DNA of 34,781 nucleotides from a virus (Duplodnaviria; Heunggongvirae; Uroviricota; Caudoviricetes): IMG/VR virus record IMGVR_UViG_2880361019_000004, positions 1 to 34,781 of that record; one strand, 5' to 3'. Shown piece by piece: positions 17,942 to 28,467 of this stretch (position 1 is its first letter; each line of letters starts with the position of its first letter). The notes under the pieces were generated by a model. It saw only the letters and a program-made list of their open reading frames with translations, ran no database searches and was not told where the DNA came from. The position numbers and the translations under genes were made by a program.

Positions 17942-18291
17942 GCGCGAGCCTTTTTCGCCTGTCTGGCGTTATTGCCGGTCTTTTTCCGGGGAGCATCCTG
18001 TCCGGCTTCGGCTAAATCTGCACCGGTCTCTGCATGAACCACACCCGCCACGGCTCCCGCATCATCACCAGGCGTCTGTAGTATTCGTACAGTGAGGCAT
18101 GGCTCCGCTTCCAGTCGGGCAAGCTGCTCCGGGGTGACGTCAACCTGCTGGCGTCCCCGCATGAACAGGAACCCCGCACGACGAAACTGCGCACGACTGC
18201 AACGCACTTCTGCCAGTACCGTGACAGGACTGTCACCACTGACCTGAAGGCCTGAATCATCTGTTGCTGCCACAGTGTGATGTTCATTCAT
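17938..18291 (-). CDS. Hypothetical head-associated protein
   Basis: 117-aa ORF between major head and gp36-like genes. Confidence 0.45.
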   Translation of the reverse strand: MNEHHTVAATDDSGLQVSGDSPVTVLAEVRCSRAQFRRAGFLFMRGRQQVDVTPEQLARLEAEPCLTVRILQTPGDDAGAVAGVVHAETGADLAEAGQDAPRKKTGNNARQAKKARA

Positions 18292-18334
18292 ATTTGCCCT
18301 CCGCAGGGGCCGGGCCGTAAGCCCGGCTCACCGT

Positions 18335-19282
18335 TTACAGATAATCCGCGACAACCAGCTCCAGCTTGCCCTTCATCTCGTTAGAGACGGTGGTGTTACC
18401 GTCCGCGAACAGCTCGCGCTCCAGCAGCTGCACCGCCTGTTTTTCCAGCGAGGTGGGGACAACAATATGGGTGGGTTTGATGCCGAGTTTGCGGCCACCG
18501 TCAGCCTTAAAGTCACGCATGGCTGACCAGCCGTGCCACAGCGCATCCAGCGTCAGCGGTGACTGCATCATGTAGGCCATCTGCCAGAAGCCGTAGCCCA
18601 CATTGCGACGGGCGGAAGCACCGAACACAAACTCGTTATCAGTAAACGCACGGCCTTCATCGACTTTTGTCTGGGCAACCAGTTCGGCCTTGCGGCGATC
18701 CTGATAAATCAGCGGTTTTACCGCGCGGGAGCAGTCAAGCAGATACCAGGCCGGGCCGCTGTAATCCACCTGTGCACCGACAGAGCCGGTTTTTGCCACA
18801 AACATATTGCTGACCATCTGTGCATCACCGGAGCCATCCACTTTGGGGTAAACAGGGTGTTCGGTATCAAAGAAGTTCTGGCCGTCATAGCAGGCCGCAT
18901 TCAGACCATCACGCAGTGCAGCAAAGACCAGTTCATCCGGTTGTGCCGCCGCAGCGCGCCCCATCTCCTGGAACAACGGGGAGTAGATGCCAAGATTGTC
19001 GTCTTCAAAGTCATCGCGGCTAATGGCAACGGTGCCTTCAAAGGTTTTGTTCACGATGGCGTAGCCATAGGCTTTCATCTTCTCGATGACGCGGGAGCCG
19101 ATCCACTCACGGAACTGCGGGAACTGCCCCAGCCAGCCGTAGGTGTTGGATTTCGACGTGGACGGTACGGTCATCGCAATTTTCTGGTACTGAGACGGAG
19201 CCATGGACATCCCGGCCTGAAAATCAGAACGGTAGCCCGTCATCAGGGCGGTGATCATCGCCGGTGTGATCGGGGTAGGCAT
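18335..19282 (-). CDS. Major head (capsid) subunit (Mu T-like)
   Basis: 315-aa ORF directly downstream of the protease/scaffold gene. Confidence 0.8.
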   Translation of the reverse strand: MPTPITPAMITALMTGYRSDFQAGMSMAPSQYQKIAMTVPSTSKSNTYGWLGQFPQFREWIGSRVIEKMKAYGYAIVNKTFEGTVAISRDDFEDDNLGIYSPLFQEMGRAAAAQPDELVFAALRDGLNAACYDGQNFFDTEHPVYPKVDGSGDAQMVSNMFVAKTGSVGAQVDYSGPAWYLLDCSRAVKPLIYQDRRKAELVAQTKVDEGRAFTDNEFVFGASARRNVGYGFWQMAYMMQSPLTLDALWHGWSAMRDFKADGGRKLGIKPTHIVVPTSLEKQAVQLLERELFADGNTTVSNEMKGKLELVVADYL

Positions 19283-20406
19283 TATTGCATTTCCTCTTTC
19301 ATTTTCAGGAACTCGGCTTCGGTTTTACCCAGCAGATGGGCGGCGGCGATATCTTCAGCCGACAGCGCAGCGGTGGCGGTCTTTTTATCCGGCACGGTTA
19401 CGGTGTCGGTCTGAAGAGTGGTCAGAGCCGCAACCGGCTGGCGGGCGTCAAGCTGTGCAGAAAGTGCCGCAACACCAATCTGTTGTCCGAGTCCTTCCAT
19501 GTATCCGCGTTCGCTTTTGAAAATGCGTCCTTCGGACTCGGCCTTATCCAGCAACTGCTCCAGCGTGGTGCTGCCGTGTTGTGCCGACAACGCGACATAT
19601 TCGGTACGCAGGGCGTTATACGTCTCAACGGGCACGTATTTCGTCAGATCAATAGTGCCGCCAGTTGGTGTGCCTTTTGCGGTTTCCAGCTCTGCCGACA
19701 GGCTGGCAACCTGCGTTTTCAGGGTGTCGTGCGCATCCGCACGGGTTTTGATCCCGGTAAGGGCAGACAGCGCCGCCGTGCCCAGTTCCGGTGTAAATTC
19801 GTCACCGTCGGCCACGGTCAGACCGAGCGCCGTCAGCAACTGGCGTAATTGCTCATTCATGGAGGTGTCCTTTAAAGGAGGGTTTAAGGCGTTATAAAGG
19901 TCATCCGCCGACAGTGCGGCGACAGGATTCATGCCAGTCAGACCGGGGTCACCGGTAATAGCCAGCATCCGAAGCTCAACAGGTTCACCGGTGATTTCGT
20001 CATAACCAATCACCGGGGAAAACCAGGGAAATTCGTTATTGCGCAGGTGTTCAATGGCCGGAGGGTTCCAGTCCGGACGCACTTCAAAACCCCGCTCTTC
20101 ACTGAAGCGGAAGTTTTCCGGTGAGGCCATGACAAAACCGGCAGCCGGTGCCGGATGCCCCTTAATCAGGGTCTGGTGGTTGTAGTCAATTTTTACCGGC
20201 TGATTGAGCGCCACAACCCGGGATACCATGCGCTCAACGGCCGCATGGTTAATCAGCCAGCCTTCCGCCGGTTTTTCCGGGCGACCGTCACGGGCCTTTA
20301 CCCGACCGGCTGGCATGATCTGACACCAGTCACCGTCCCCGTCTGCGGACAGGCTGATGGCATTCAGAATGGCATAAGCAAGTTTGGGCGTGTTTTTCGT
20401 CTTCAT
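19282..20406 (-). CDS. Head protease/scaffold protein (Mu I-like)
   Basis: 374-aa ORF with protease-like N-terminal half and Ala/Leu-rich coiled C-terminal half; preceded by a 177-bp gap (20407-20583) that would hold a late promoter. Confidence 0.75.
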   Translation of the reverse strand: MKTKNTPKLAYAILNAISLSADGDGDWCQIMPAGRVKARDGRPEKPAEGWLINHAAVERMVSRVVALNQPVKIDYNHQTLIKGHPAPAAGFVMASPENFRFSEERGFEVRPDWNPPAIEHLRNNEFPWFSPVIGYDEITGEPVELRMLAITGDPGLTGMNPVAALSADDLYNALNPPLKDTSMNEQLRQLLTALGLTVADGDEFTPELGTAALSALTGIKTRADAHDTLKTQVASLSAELETAKGTPTGGTIDLTKYVPVETYNALRTEYVALSAQHGSTTLEQLLDKAESEGRIFKSERGYMEGLGQQIGVAALSAQLDARQPVAALTTLQTDTVTVPDKKTATAALSAEDIAAAHLLGKTEAEFLKMKEEMQ

Positions 20407-20583
20407 TCCGGCAGCATAAGCCGGTGTTTTTCGGGGCCGGTTTTGCGGGACTTCAGAAAGTGCTGACAGGGGAAAAATGAGAAAGGCGCTTCACGCAGAT
20501 TTTAAAGCCCGTTAAATACAGGTTAGAAAATCACGACACGCGCCTGAAGAGGGTAAGGCAATGCGTTTGTATACCTTAAACCA

Positions 20584-21057
20584 TTACGGCGTTTCTGTGG
20601 CCTTTTTAAAGCGTTTTCTGATTTCGTCCATGATCTCCTGTTCTGCCACCTGATCAAAGCCCATATACGGACGTGCGCCAATGGCCGCCGGTCCCGGTGG
20701 CATACCAGGCAGGCCACCCCACTGATGAATGGCCGCATAAGGTTCATTTGATCCAATCAGCGCCCAGGTATCGCCATAATCCGTGGTCAGGCGGCGGGCC
20801 AGATCGCCGTTCAGTGTCAGGATTTTGCCGGGCGTGTATCCCTTACGGGTACGCCACTTGCGGTAAGGATCTGACCAGTCATGCCAGCGTTCGCCGTCCG
20901 GCTCTTTTTCCTGTTCAAACGCCATTTCTGACGATGACAGAAGACTCTCCGCCACACTGCGGGCCAGGTCTTTTCCGCCGCCCACAAACTGAAGCCGGGC
21001 AAACACCCGCTGGAGACGCGTAACGTCAACAACGACAGCGGCATCAATGGATGACAT
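20584..21057 (-). CDS. Virion morphogenesis protein (Mu G-like)
   Basis: 157-aa ORF between F-like and I-like genes. Confidence 0.65.
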   Translation of the reverse strand: MSSIDAAVVVDVTRLQRVFARLQFVGGGKDLARSVAESLLSSSEMAFEQEKEPDGERWHDWSDPYRKWRTRKGYTPGKILTLNGDLARRLTTDYGDTWALIGSNEPYAAIHQWGGLPGMPPGPAAIGARPYMGFDQVAEQEIMDEIRKRFKKATETP

Positions 21058-21178
21058 ATTGCCTCCGCATAAAGGATGAATATAAAATAAACAGGCGGTC
21101 AGTGTACGCTTAACTGGTAAAGTCGGTGCCTGCCTCCGGGTGGATCATGTATGCGGGTTCGACCCCCGCCACTGACCG

Positions 21179-22510
21179 TTAATCAATTTGTCCTTCCAGC
21201 ACCTCAAGCATTCCGCCCCGGATATCCGATTTCAGCTTATCCATATTGATAACCCGGTAAGCATTCACAATCACATCCAGTTTGTCGGGCTGACGTTTCA
21301 GACTGTACGGTGCATTAACGGCAATCTGCACACTGCCATCCTTATTTTCCACGATATACATCAGATTTTTGTGCCGTTTGTCCCACAGCACCGCTTTTGG
21401 CTTTGCCAGCATTGCCGGTAAGCGCCCGAAGTCCTCTGGCATCAGGGCGATGCCATCATTCTGATGTTTCACACTGTCTGCATGGAGCACATTTTTACCG
21501 CTCATCGCCAGCAGGCGGGCCGGTGGCGTTCCCGTCCGGCTTTCCACTGCCTGCGCAATGCTTTCAGTCATAAAGCCCAGCGTGCGGATATCGTTACCAC
21601 CTCGCCGGGTCTGCATGATGTTTTTTGCCCAGATGCGGAACGCCAGCTGCCGCTCCGGGCTGTTGTTCATCTCCTGAACCACCATTTCCCGTAACGCCGG
21701 GCTTTTCACCTCGATCAGTTTGCGGATCAGCGCCTGGTCTGTGCCGAACGCTGCCGAGCCGGGGTTATATGACCAGCCCACATCCGGTGTCATGGTTCTG
21801 GTGCCATCTGAATATGTGGTCACCGGCATTTCTCTGACTTCTCCGGTCTGTTTATCCACGCCAGCCTCAACATTGCGGGTGGAGAGATGATCCTCACCGG
21901 ATGAAACGGATAACCCCATTGCATCCAGACGAGCCTGAGACAATGGCCGCACACGGCAGCGGCAGTTCCAGCCATTAGGTGGGTAGTGTGTTTTCCAGAA
22001 CGGATCGTCATAGCGGAATACCAGACCGTTAAGGGCGGAATGCGACGGGCGGGTACGGCTGTCCATGACCGCCACATACTGCCAGAACGGATGTGTGTCC
22101 GTGTTGTTCATCATCTGCGTGTAACGCCCGGCATTGTAAGCCACACGGGTGTTCACGTTGTAAATCAGCGCCAGACGACGGGGACTGCCCAGTTGCACTT
22201 CTTCCGCGTTACCGTCGCTGTCCACCACAATCTGCTTTCCCCACCATCCCAGCTTTTGCAGGCGTGGCGTCAGCGTGCGGATAAATTCTTTCTGTGAAAT
22301 CCCCTCATCAATGGCCCGCTGCACTTCGGCCTGTAATGTGGTCACCACATCCAGCCGTGCCGTTTTTGCTGCCGTGAATGAGCGGGCATGAACATCCGCG
22401 GCTGTTTCGAACCAGTTCCAGCTGATATGCGCCCCTTTGGCGCGGAAGTATGCCACCGTCTCTTTTGAGGGAAGCGTGGCGGCATAACCTAAATCAATCT
22501 CCTGAGCCAT
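21179..22510 (-). CDS. Head morphogenesis protein (Mu F-like)
   Basis: 443-aa ORF; its ATG overlaps the native portal stop (ATGGCTCAGGAGATTGA), showing the original portal-F coupling. Confidence 0.8.
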   Translation of the reverse strand: MAQEIDLGYAATLPSKETVAYFRAKGAHISWNWFETAADVHARSFTAAKTARLDVVTTLQAEVQRAIDEGISQKEFIRTLTPRLQKLGWWGKQIVVDSDGNAEEVQLGSPRRLALIYNVNTRVAYNAGRYTQMMNNTDTHPFWQYVAVMDSRTRPSHSALNGLVFRYDDPFWKTHYPPNGWNCRCRVRPLSQARLDAMGLSVSSGEDHLSTRNVEAGVDKQTGEVREMPVTTYSDGTRTMTPDVGWSYNPGSAAFGTDQALIRKLIEVKSPALREMVVQEMNNSPERQLAFRIWAKNIMQTRRGGNDIRTLGFMTESIAQAVESRTGTPPARLLAMSGKNVLHADSVKHQNDGIALMPEDFGRLPAMLAKPKAVLWDKRHKNLMYIVENKDGSVQIAVNAPYSLKRQPDKLDVIVNAYRVINMDKLKSDIRGGMLEVLEGQID

Positions 22511-22647
22511 CCAGCATCCCCTTCATTTCCGCAGCAAACATGGCATCACTGAGCAGCGTCATCAGGGTAAGCGTCGTCTCAGCACCGTCTGGCAGATCCT
22601 GAAATTCCTGAGAGAATAGTGGACACCAAATATGGTGGACGCTATCC

Positions 22648-23052
22648 ATGAAATCATTAACCGCAGTGCGTAAAAAAAGCCCTAATTATCCCGTTGAGTT
22701 CAAAATCAAAATGGTTGAACTCTCGCATCGACCAGAGATCTCCGTAGCGCAACTCGCTCGTGAGCATGGGATCAACGATAATTTGCTGTTCAAGTGGCGC
22801 CAGTACTGGCGCGAAGGAAAACTACGTCCTCCTTCAACAACAGAAAACAACGTGCCTGAGCTGCTCCCGATAACACTTGATGCCGAAGATGTTGTCCCTA
22901 CAACCTCCCCCCGGTCACAACCTGTAGCTGCTGCGACACCTGAATCACTCAATATCAGCTGTGAAGTGACGTTCCGGCACGGATCACTCCGTCTGAATGG
23001 TGCCATCAGCGAAAATATCCTGAACCTGCTGATACGGGAGCTCAAACGTTGA
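22648..23052 (+). CDS. IS66-family accessory protein TnpA
   Basis: 134-aa first ORF of the element. Confidence 0.75.
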   Translation: MKSLTAVRKKSPNYPVEFKIKMVELSHRPEISVAQLAREHGINDNLLFKWRQYWREGKLRPPSTTENNVPELLPITLDAEDVVPTTSPRSQPVAAATPESLNISCEVTFRHGSLRLNGAISENILNLLIRELKR

Positions 23053-23396
23053 TCCCATTACCATCAGGGACAAAGATCTGGCTGGTCGCTGGCATCACCG
23101 ATATGAGAAACGGCTTCAACGGCCTGGCGGCAAAGGTGCAGACGACGCTGAAAGACGATCCGATGTCAGGTCACGTTTTTATCTTCCGTGGGCGTAATGG
23201 CAGTCAGGTAAAGCTCCTCTGGTCTACCGGCGATGGACTGTGTCTGCTGACCAAACGGCTGGAGCGCGGCCGCTTCGCCTGGCCGTCAGCCCGGGATGGC
23301 AAAGTGTTCCTCACACCGGCACAGCTGGCGATGCTGCTGGAAGGTATCGACTGGCGGCAGCCTAAAAGACTGCTTACGTCCCTGACTATGTTGTAA
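23049..23396 (+). CDS. IS66-family TnpB (Orf2)
   Basis: 115-aa ORF overlapping TnpA stop. Confidence 0.75.
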   Translation: MIPLPSGTKIWLVAGITDMRNGFNGLAAKVQTTLKDDPMSGHVFIFRGRNGSQVKLLWSTGDGLCLLTKRLERGRFAWPSARDGKVFLTPAQLAMLLEGIDWRQPKRLLTSLTML

Positions 23397-23444
23397 GCCT
23401 CTTTATCCTGGTCGACGCTGAATGAGCCTGGTAATATACCCGGT

Positions 23445-24983
23445 ATGAGCAGCTCACTTCCTGACGATATCAATGCACTGAAACGTCTCCTTGCCGAACA
23501 GGAGGCGCTGAACCGTGCCCTGCAGGAAAAGCTGAACGAGCGTGAACGCGAAATAGACCATCTGCAGGCACAGCTGGATAAGCTGCGCCGGATGAACTTC
23601 GGCAGCCGCTCGGAAAAAGTCTCCCGTCGTATCGCACAGATGGAAGCTGACCTGAAGGCACTTCAGAAAGAAAGTGATACCCTTACCGGTCGGGTTGACG
23701 ACCCGGCCGTGCAGCGCCCGCTGCGTCAAACCCGCACCCGCAAACCGTTCCCCGAATCACTCCCCCGCGATGAAAAACGGCTGCTGCCGGCAGCGTCATG
23801 CTGCCCGGAATGTGGAGGCTCGCTGAGCTATCTGGGTGAGGATGCCGCCGAACAGCTGGAGCTGATGCGCAGCGCCTTCCGGGTTATCCGGACTGTACGT
23901 GAAAAGCATGCCTGTACTCAGTGCGATGCCATCGTGCAGGCCCCCGCGCCTTCACGGCCCATCGAGCGGGGTATCGCAGGACCGGGGCTGCTGGCCCGCG
24001 TGCTGATCTCAAAGTATGCAGAGCACACCCCGCTGTACCGCCAGTCTGAAATGTACGGCCGCCAGGGCGTGGAGCTGAGTCGTTCACTGCTGTCGGGCTG
24101 GGTGGATGCATGCTGCCGGCTACTGTCACCGCTGGAAGAAGCGCTTCAGGACTATGTGCTGACTGACGGTAAGCTCCATGCTGATGACACGCCTGTCCCG
24201 GTGCTGTTGCCAGGCAATAAGAAAACGAAGACCGGGCGGTTATGGACCTACGTTCGTGACGACCGTAACGCCGGGTCAACGCTGGCGCCGGCGGTGTGGT
24301 TCGCTTACAGCCCGGACAGAAAAGGCATCCATCCGCAGACCCATCTTGCGGGGTTCAGTGGTGTACTGCAGGCGGATGCATACGCCGGGTTCAACGAGCT
24401 GTACCGGGATGGCCGGATAACGGAAGCCGCCTGTTGGGCTCACGCCCGCCGTAAAATCCACGATGTGCACGTTCGCACCCCGTCAGCCCTGACGGAGGAA
24501 GCGCTGAAACGGATCGGCGAACTGTACGCCATCGAGGCAGAGATAAGGGGAATGACGGCGGAGCAGCGCCTTGCCGAACGTCAGTTGAAAACGAAACCGC
24601 TGCTGAAATCCCTGGAAAGCTGGCTGCGTGAAAAGATGAAAACCCTGTCGCGACACTCAGAACTGGCGAAAGCGTTCGCATACGCCCTGAACCAGTGGCC
24701 GGCGCTGACGTACTATGCAGATGATGGCTGGGCTGAGGCGGACAATAACATCGCTGAAAATGCGTTGCGGATGGTCAGTCTGGGCCGCAAAAACTACCTG
24801 TTCTTCGGTTCGGATCATGGAGGAGAGCGGGGAGCGCTGCTGTACAGCCTGATCGGGACGTGCAAACTGAACGGAGTGGAGCCAGAAAGCTACCTCCGCT
24901 ATGTCCTTGACGTCATAGCCGACTGGCCGATAAACCGGGTCGGCGAACTGCTCCCCTGGCGCGTAGCACTGCCGACTGAATAA
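23445..24983 (+). CDS. IS66-family transposase TnpC
   Basis: 512-aa ORF with N-terminal coiled coil and CxxC zinc motifs. Confidence 0.8.
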   Translation: MSSSLPDDINALKRLLAEQEALNRALQEKLNEREREIDHLQAQLDKLRRMNFGSRSEKVSRRIAQMEADLKALQKESDTLTGRVDDPAVQRPLRQTRTRKPFPESLPRDEKRLLPAASCCPECGGSLSYLGEDAAEQLELMRSAFRVIRTVREKHACTQCDAIVQAPAPSRPIERGIAGPGLLARVLISKYAEHTPLYRQSEMYGRQGVELSRSLLSGWVDACCRLLSPLEEALQDYVLTDGKLHADDTPVPVLLPGNKKTKTGRLWTYVRDDRNAGSTLAPAVWFAYSPDRKGIHPQTHLAGFSGVLQADAYAGFNELYRDGRITEAACWAHARRKIHDVHVRTPSALTEEALKRIGELYAIEAEIRGMTAEQRLAERQLKTKPLLKSLESWLREKMKTLSRHSELAKAFAYALNQWPALTYYADDGWAEADNNIAENALRMVSLGRKNYLFFGSDHGGERGALLYSLIGTCKLNGVEPESYLRYVLDVIADWPINRVGELLPWRVALPTE

Positions 24984-26545
24984 CACATCCCCGTCAATAC
25001 GGTTCTTGCTGCACGCTTACTCATCAGGCGGGAATCATCCATTTCACGATAAAGGGCGGGCAGGTCTGCCAGCGCATCCGCCAGCCCCCGCGTTCTGATG
25101 GCATCAATGACCGGCTCCAGTACCGGGTCGATGGCCTCCTGTAAGCGGCGGGCAGGCACCGCGTCCCCCATATCATCCAGTTCATCACGCGGCGTGCTTT
25201 TCGCTTCCGGCAGTCTGGCTGACAGCGCCGTCTGCTCTGTTTTTTCCTGTTTTTCCGGTGGTGTTTCCCTGTCGGTCTGAGCCGGTTCATTGCCACTCTG
25301 ACGGACACGGAATATGGCTTCACCGGGCGTGGGCTGCGGAATACCGGTCTGCTCACGTATCCAGGGATCAGAAATATCCATCCCCGTACTGAGCTGCATC
25401 ACCGCACTGGTGATTTTGGTGATATCACCTGGTTCTTTTGTCTGGAAGCAGATACGTGGCAGACGGCGGATATCAATAGTGTGCGTGGTGTTCAGGGCGT
25501 ACAGCGGATACACCAGATCGCGGTTCAGGGTTGCAGCCAGCTGTCGTAAATCAGAATCCCTGATTTCCCGGCGCACCTCGTTATGTACCTCACCCAGTGA
25601 GCGCGCGCCTTTGTCTCCGGCTTCCGTGGTCAGCGTGCCGCCGAGTATTGCTTTGGAGATGGAACGCTCCCCCCACGAAATCATGGTTTCAAACGGATCG
25701 GCCTGACCGTTCGCTGCCGCCTGAAACTCCAGCGACATCCCGGCCGGGATGATCCCGCCTGTACGTCGCCCGATATCCATCACCGCCCGCATCAGGGCAC
25801 TTTTCTGCTCCGGTGTTGCCCCGGACGGGTATTTCCCGACCTTCATCGGCAGGCCGTACACCTCCAGAAATTCCGCCAGATCGCGCACGGAATAGTTTTT
25901 GAAAATGAACGGCCAGATAAGCGTCCGGACAAGCCCGGTTGCACCACCGTAACCGGTGCGTGAACGCGACTGATGCACTATCCAGCCAAAGGGCTGAAAC
26001 GCCACCCCGGAATGGCTGCCGTCACGCAGCCGCAGTTCGCTCAAATCATCCGGGTTAAGGCAGAAATGCCCGCTGTCACGCCAGCGGATGGCGCGGATGA
26101 TGTGCATTTTACCGAGCATCCCGTGCTCAATTTCCATGCAGGAATAGCCCTTCAGGATGGCATCCGTGGCGTCAAACAGCATGGCATCAAACCAGTCTGC
26201 GGAATGCAGATATTCGTCGAGCATTTCCGCGTCCTTTTTCTCATTCGCGCTGGCGTTCGGTGGCGGCTCAATACTCCATGGCACCCCCTGAATGGCAAGA
26301 CGTCGCTTGCCCAGCTCCGCAAAAAGGTGGGTGTCCTTTTCTTCAATATCAGCGGCCAGATCGGACTGGGCAATCAGATCGCCACGTTCAGCCCCGCGAA
26401 GGCACTGCGCCGCCCGGTTCGGGGTGATACCCGAAGCCGGATGTTCAATATAACGGCTGGCAATCTGCGGAATATCCAGCGCGGCACTCTGCATCTCCGG
26501 GTCAAAGGAGAAAGGTTTTCCGTCAGTATCAATGATGCGTCCCAC
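24899..26545 (-). CDS. Portal protein (Mu gp29-like), C-terminus replaced by IS66-encoded residues
   Basis: 548-aa ORF; the last 40 residues are read from IS66 terminal sequence (positions below 25021); the native final 21 codons lie across the IS at 22511-22566. Confidence 0.75.
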   Translation of the reverse strand: MGRIIDTDGKPFSFDPEMQSAALDIPQIASRYIEHPASGITPNRAAQCLRGAERGDLIAQSDLAADIEEKDTHLFAELGKRRLAIQGVPWSIEPPPNASANEKKDAEMLDEYLHSADWFDAMLFDATDAILKGYSCMEIEHGMLGKMHIIRAIRWRDSGHFCLNPDDLSELRLRDGSHSGVAFQPFGWIVHQSRSRTGYGGATGLVRTLIWPFIFKNYSVRDLAEFLEVYGLPMKVGKYPSGATPEQKSALMRAVMDIGRRTGGIIPAGMSLEFQAAANGQADPFETMISWGERSISKAILGGTLTTEAGDKGARSLGEVHNEVRREIRDSDLRQLAATLNRDLVYPLYALNTTHTIDIRRLPRICFQTKEPGDITKITSAVMQLSTGMDISDPWIREQTGIPQPTPGEAIFRVRQSGNEPAQTDRETPPEKQEKTEQTALSARLPEAKSTPRDELDDMGDAVPARRLQEAIDPVLEPVIDAIRTRGLADALADLPALYREMDDSRLMSKRAARTVLTGMCYSVGSATRQGSSSPTRFIGQSAMTSRT

Positions 26546-28209
26546 TACCAGCCCCCCCGATCAAATTCATGATATGCCTCATCGTCATCACGATAACCGC
26601 CCTCCATTGCCCGCGACCGCTCCGGTAGCGCCTGACAGGCTGATTCATCCAGGATGAAGCCCTCCATGTATGACGCCCGGTTTGCCATACAGAGCGCCAC
26701 GGCAAAATCACCATGGCGGCGGGCGTTCGCAGCCGTTGCGTTCTGGTCCTTCGTGCGCCCCTTGTCGATTTGCGGGATACCATTCACTACCTTCACATGG
26801 CGCAAATCATCAAGCGTGGTCTGATGGCGGGCGACGAGGATATTCTGATCTTCAAACTCGGCTTTCAGTTTTGGCATCCACTCGCCGTACCACTTCGGCG
26901 ACAACATCACGCAGTCGATGATGTCCGGGCCAAAGGCCAGCAGTGCGGCCTCTGCCAGATAGCCGCCGTTACCGGTGGCGTCGAACGCCGCACCGACCAG
27001 CGCCGGAACGCGGGTCAGGATGTACATCATCACCTGTTCCTGCTGGGCATACGGCAGGTTGCGCAGCTCCACGCGAAACACCTCGCGCTTTGCCAGGGAT
27101 TCGGTGATTTCCAGCAGCACAAAGCAGGACAGGTCACCGGTGCGGGCAAAGTCTTCCCCGAAGCTGAAGCGGGAACGGGGATTTAATTTCTCTAAAAGCG
27201 GTTTTAAATGTTCTTCACACCAGGTTAAAACTTCCGATTCACGCAGCCATGCGGCACGGCTGATGAAGTTGTCCGGGGCTTCAAACGTCAGAATCGGGAT
27301 GTCGCGGATCATCGCCATTTCAATAAGCGCGTGGGGGATATAGGCACCGCCGGATTTTTTCGGGATACAGCCGTATTCCTCGTCGGCATCCTCACGGGTC
27401 GGGGCGTTTTTGTAGAGATCATCACGCCATTTCTGCTCGCTTTCCGGTGACCATTCCTGATCGGTGACGTAACAGATACGACGGTACAGCCCGTCCGCAA
27501 TGGCATCATCCAGGGTTATGCGGTGGACGCTGTAATCCTTGCGCCCCTCGCGGGCTTCCTGAATGTACTGATTAAACAGATTATCGACGCCGTTATGCGT
27601 GGAGATAATACGCACGCGCGCGCCCCACATAGTGAGCGCCATTGCCGCCTTGAGAAGTTCATCCAGCGACTCGTGGAACGCGGCTTCATCAATCACCACA
27701 TCCCCCTGAAGGCCGCGCAGGTTTGACGGACGGGAAGACAATGCCTGAATTTTGAATCCACTGTTCGGAAAGCGGATCATGTAGGTCAAAATTTCTTCTT
27801 TTTTATCCCGATCCCAGAATGTCTGCTCATACACATCAGCATCTGCCAGCTGGTTAAAGGCACGGGAGAACAGCGCGCAGGCAGAAATATATTCCAGCGC
27901 CATCTCCTGTTTTGACCCCACATAAAACACATTGCGGCCACCACGCCGCTTCGGTTTTGCAGCGGTAATGACGTTACGCCCGGCTTCCGCCCAGGTAAGC
28001 CCGGTGCGGCGGGATTTTTCCGCGATGCAGACCTGACTTTCATCCGCAAACCAGCGGGCCTGATAATCCAGAAACACCGGCATATCACCGGGCAAATCAA
28101 GGCTGTCCGGCACATCCACGCCCAGCAGGGCTTTTTCACCGGACAGATCAATTTTGCGGGGAGGCGTCATTTGTATCAGTGAAGGAGACTTTTCTTTGGC
28201 TTTGTTCAT
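26545..28209 (-). CDS. Terminase large subunit (Mu gp28-like)
   Basis: 554-aa ORF upstream of portal with overlapping stop/start. Confidence 0.8.
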   Translation of the reverse strand: MNKAKEKSPSLIQMTPPRKIDLSGEKALLGVDVPDSLDLPGDMPVFLDYQARWFADESQVCIAEKSRRTGLTWAEAGRNVITAAKPKRRGGRNVFYVGSKQEMALEYISACALFSRAFNQLADADVYEQTFWDRDKKEEILTYMIRFPNSGFKIQALSSRPSNLRGLQGDVVIDEAAFHESLDELLKAAMALTMWGARVRIISTHNGVDNLFNQYIQEAREGRKDYSVHRITLDDAIADGLYRRICYVTDQEWSPESEQKWRDDLYKNAPTREDADEEYGCIPKKSGGAYIPHALIEMAMIRDIPILTFEAPDNFISRAAWLRESEVLTWCEEHLKPLLEKLNPRSRFSFGEDFARTGDLSCFVLLEITESLAKREVFRVELRNLPYAQQEQVMMYILTRVPALVGAAFDATGNGGYLAEAALLAFGPDIIDCVMLSPKWYGEWMPKLKAEFEDQNILVARHQTTLDDLRHVKVVNGIPQIDKGRTKDQNATAANARRHGDFAVALCMANRASYMEGFILDESACQALPERSRAMEGGYRDDDEAYHEFDRGGW

Positions 28210-28457
28210 CAGGCTTTACCTGTCAGAATGCTTTTGATTCGGGACTCAAGCTCTTCAGTCATCACGTCCACGCCGCTCAACTCATCAGTGGCAGCCTCTG
28301 CCAGCAGCGAATGCAGTTGTTCCAGGGATATTTCCCCGGCAATGCTGAGTTCAGTCAACTCACGACACGCTTTTATGGTTTCAGGAGGTAACTGTGTTGC
28401 AAGACTGAATGCCTTCAGATGAGCACTACTCATCAGTGAGCGGTTATCTGTTGCCAT
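28209..28457 (-). CDS. Small protein resembling the C-terminal segment of the gp27-like small terminase
   Basis: 82-aa ORF with GAGGTGA Shine-Dalgarno; C-terminus parallels the upstream gene's C-terminus; stop overlaps the large terminase ATG (TGATG). Confidence 0.55.
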   Translation of the reverse strand: MATDNRSLMSSAHLKAFSLATQLPPETIKACRELTELSIAGEISLEQLHSLLAEAATDELSGVDVMTEELESRIKSILTGKA

Positions 28458-28467
28458 GATTCACCTC

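Larger units (their letters stand above)
22567..25021 (+). mobile_element. IS66-family insertion sequence (2455 bp) with 8-bp target site duplication
   Basis: Ends begin GTAAGCGT in inverted orientation; identical flanking 8-mer TCATCAGG at 22559-22566 and 25022-25029; three ORFs in the usual IS66 order. Confidence 0.85.

Noticed and set aside
18012-18287. 91-aa alternative-frame ORF inside the 117-aa head-associated gene
   Set aside because: Same strand, different frame, fully contained and no independent ribosome-binding site.
21150-21166. tRNA T-arm-like hairpin GCGGG-TTCGACC-CCCGC between the F and G genes
   Set aside because: No acceptor, D or anticodon arms can be built around it, so it is not a tRNA gene or integration-site remnant.
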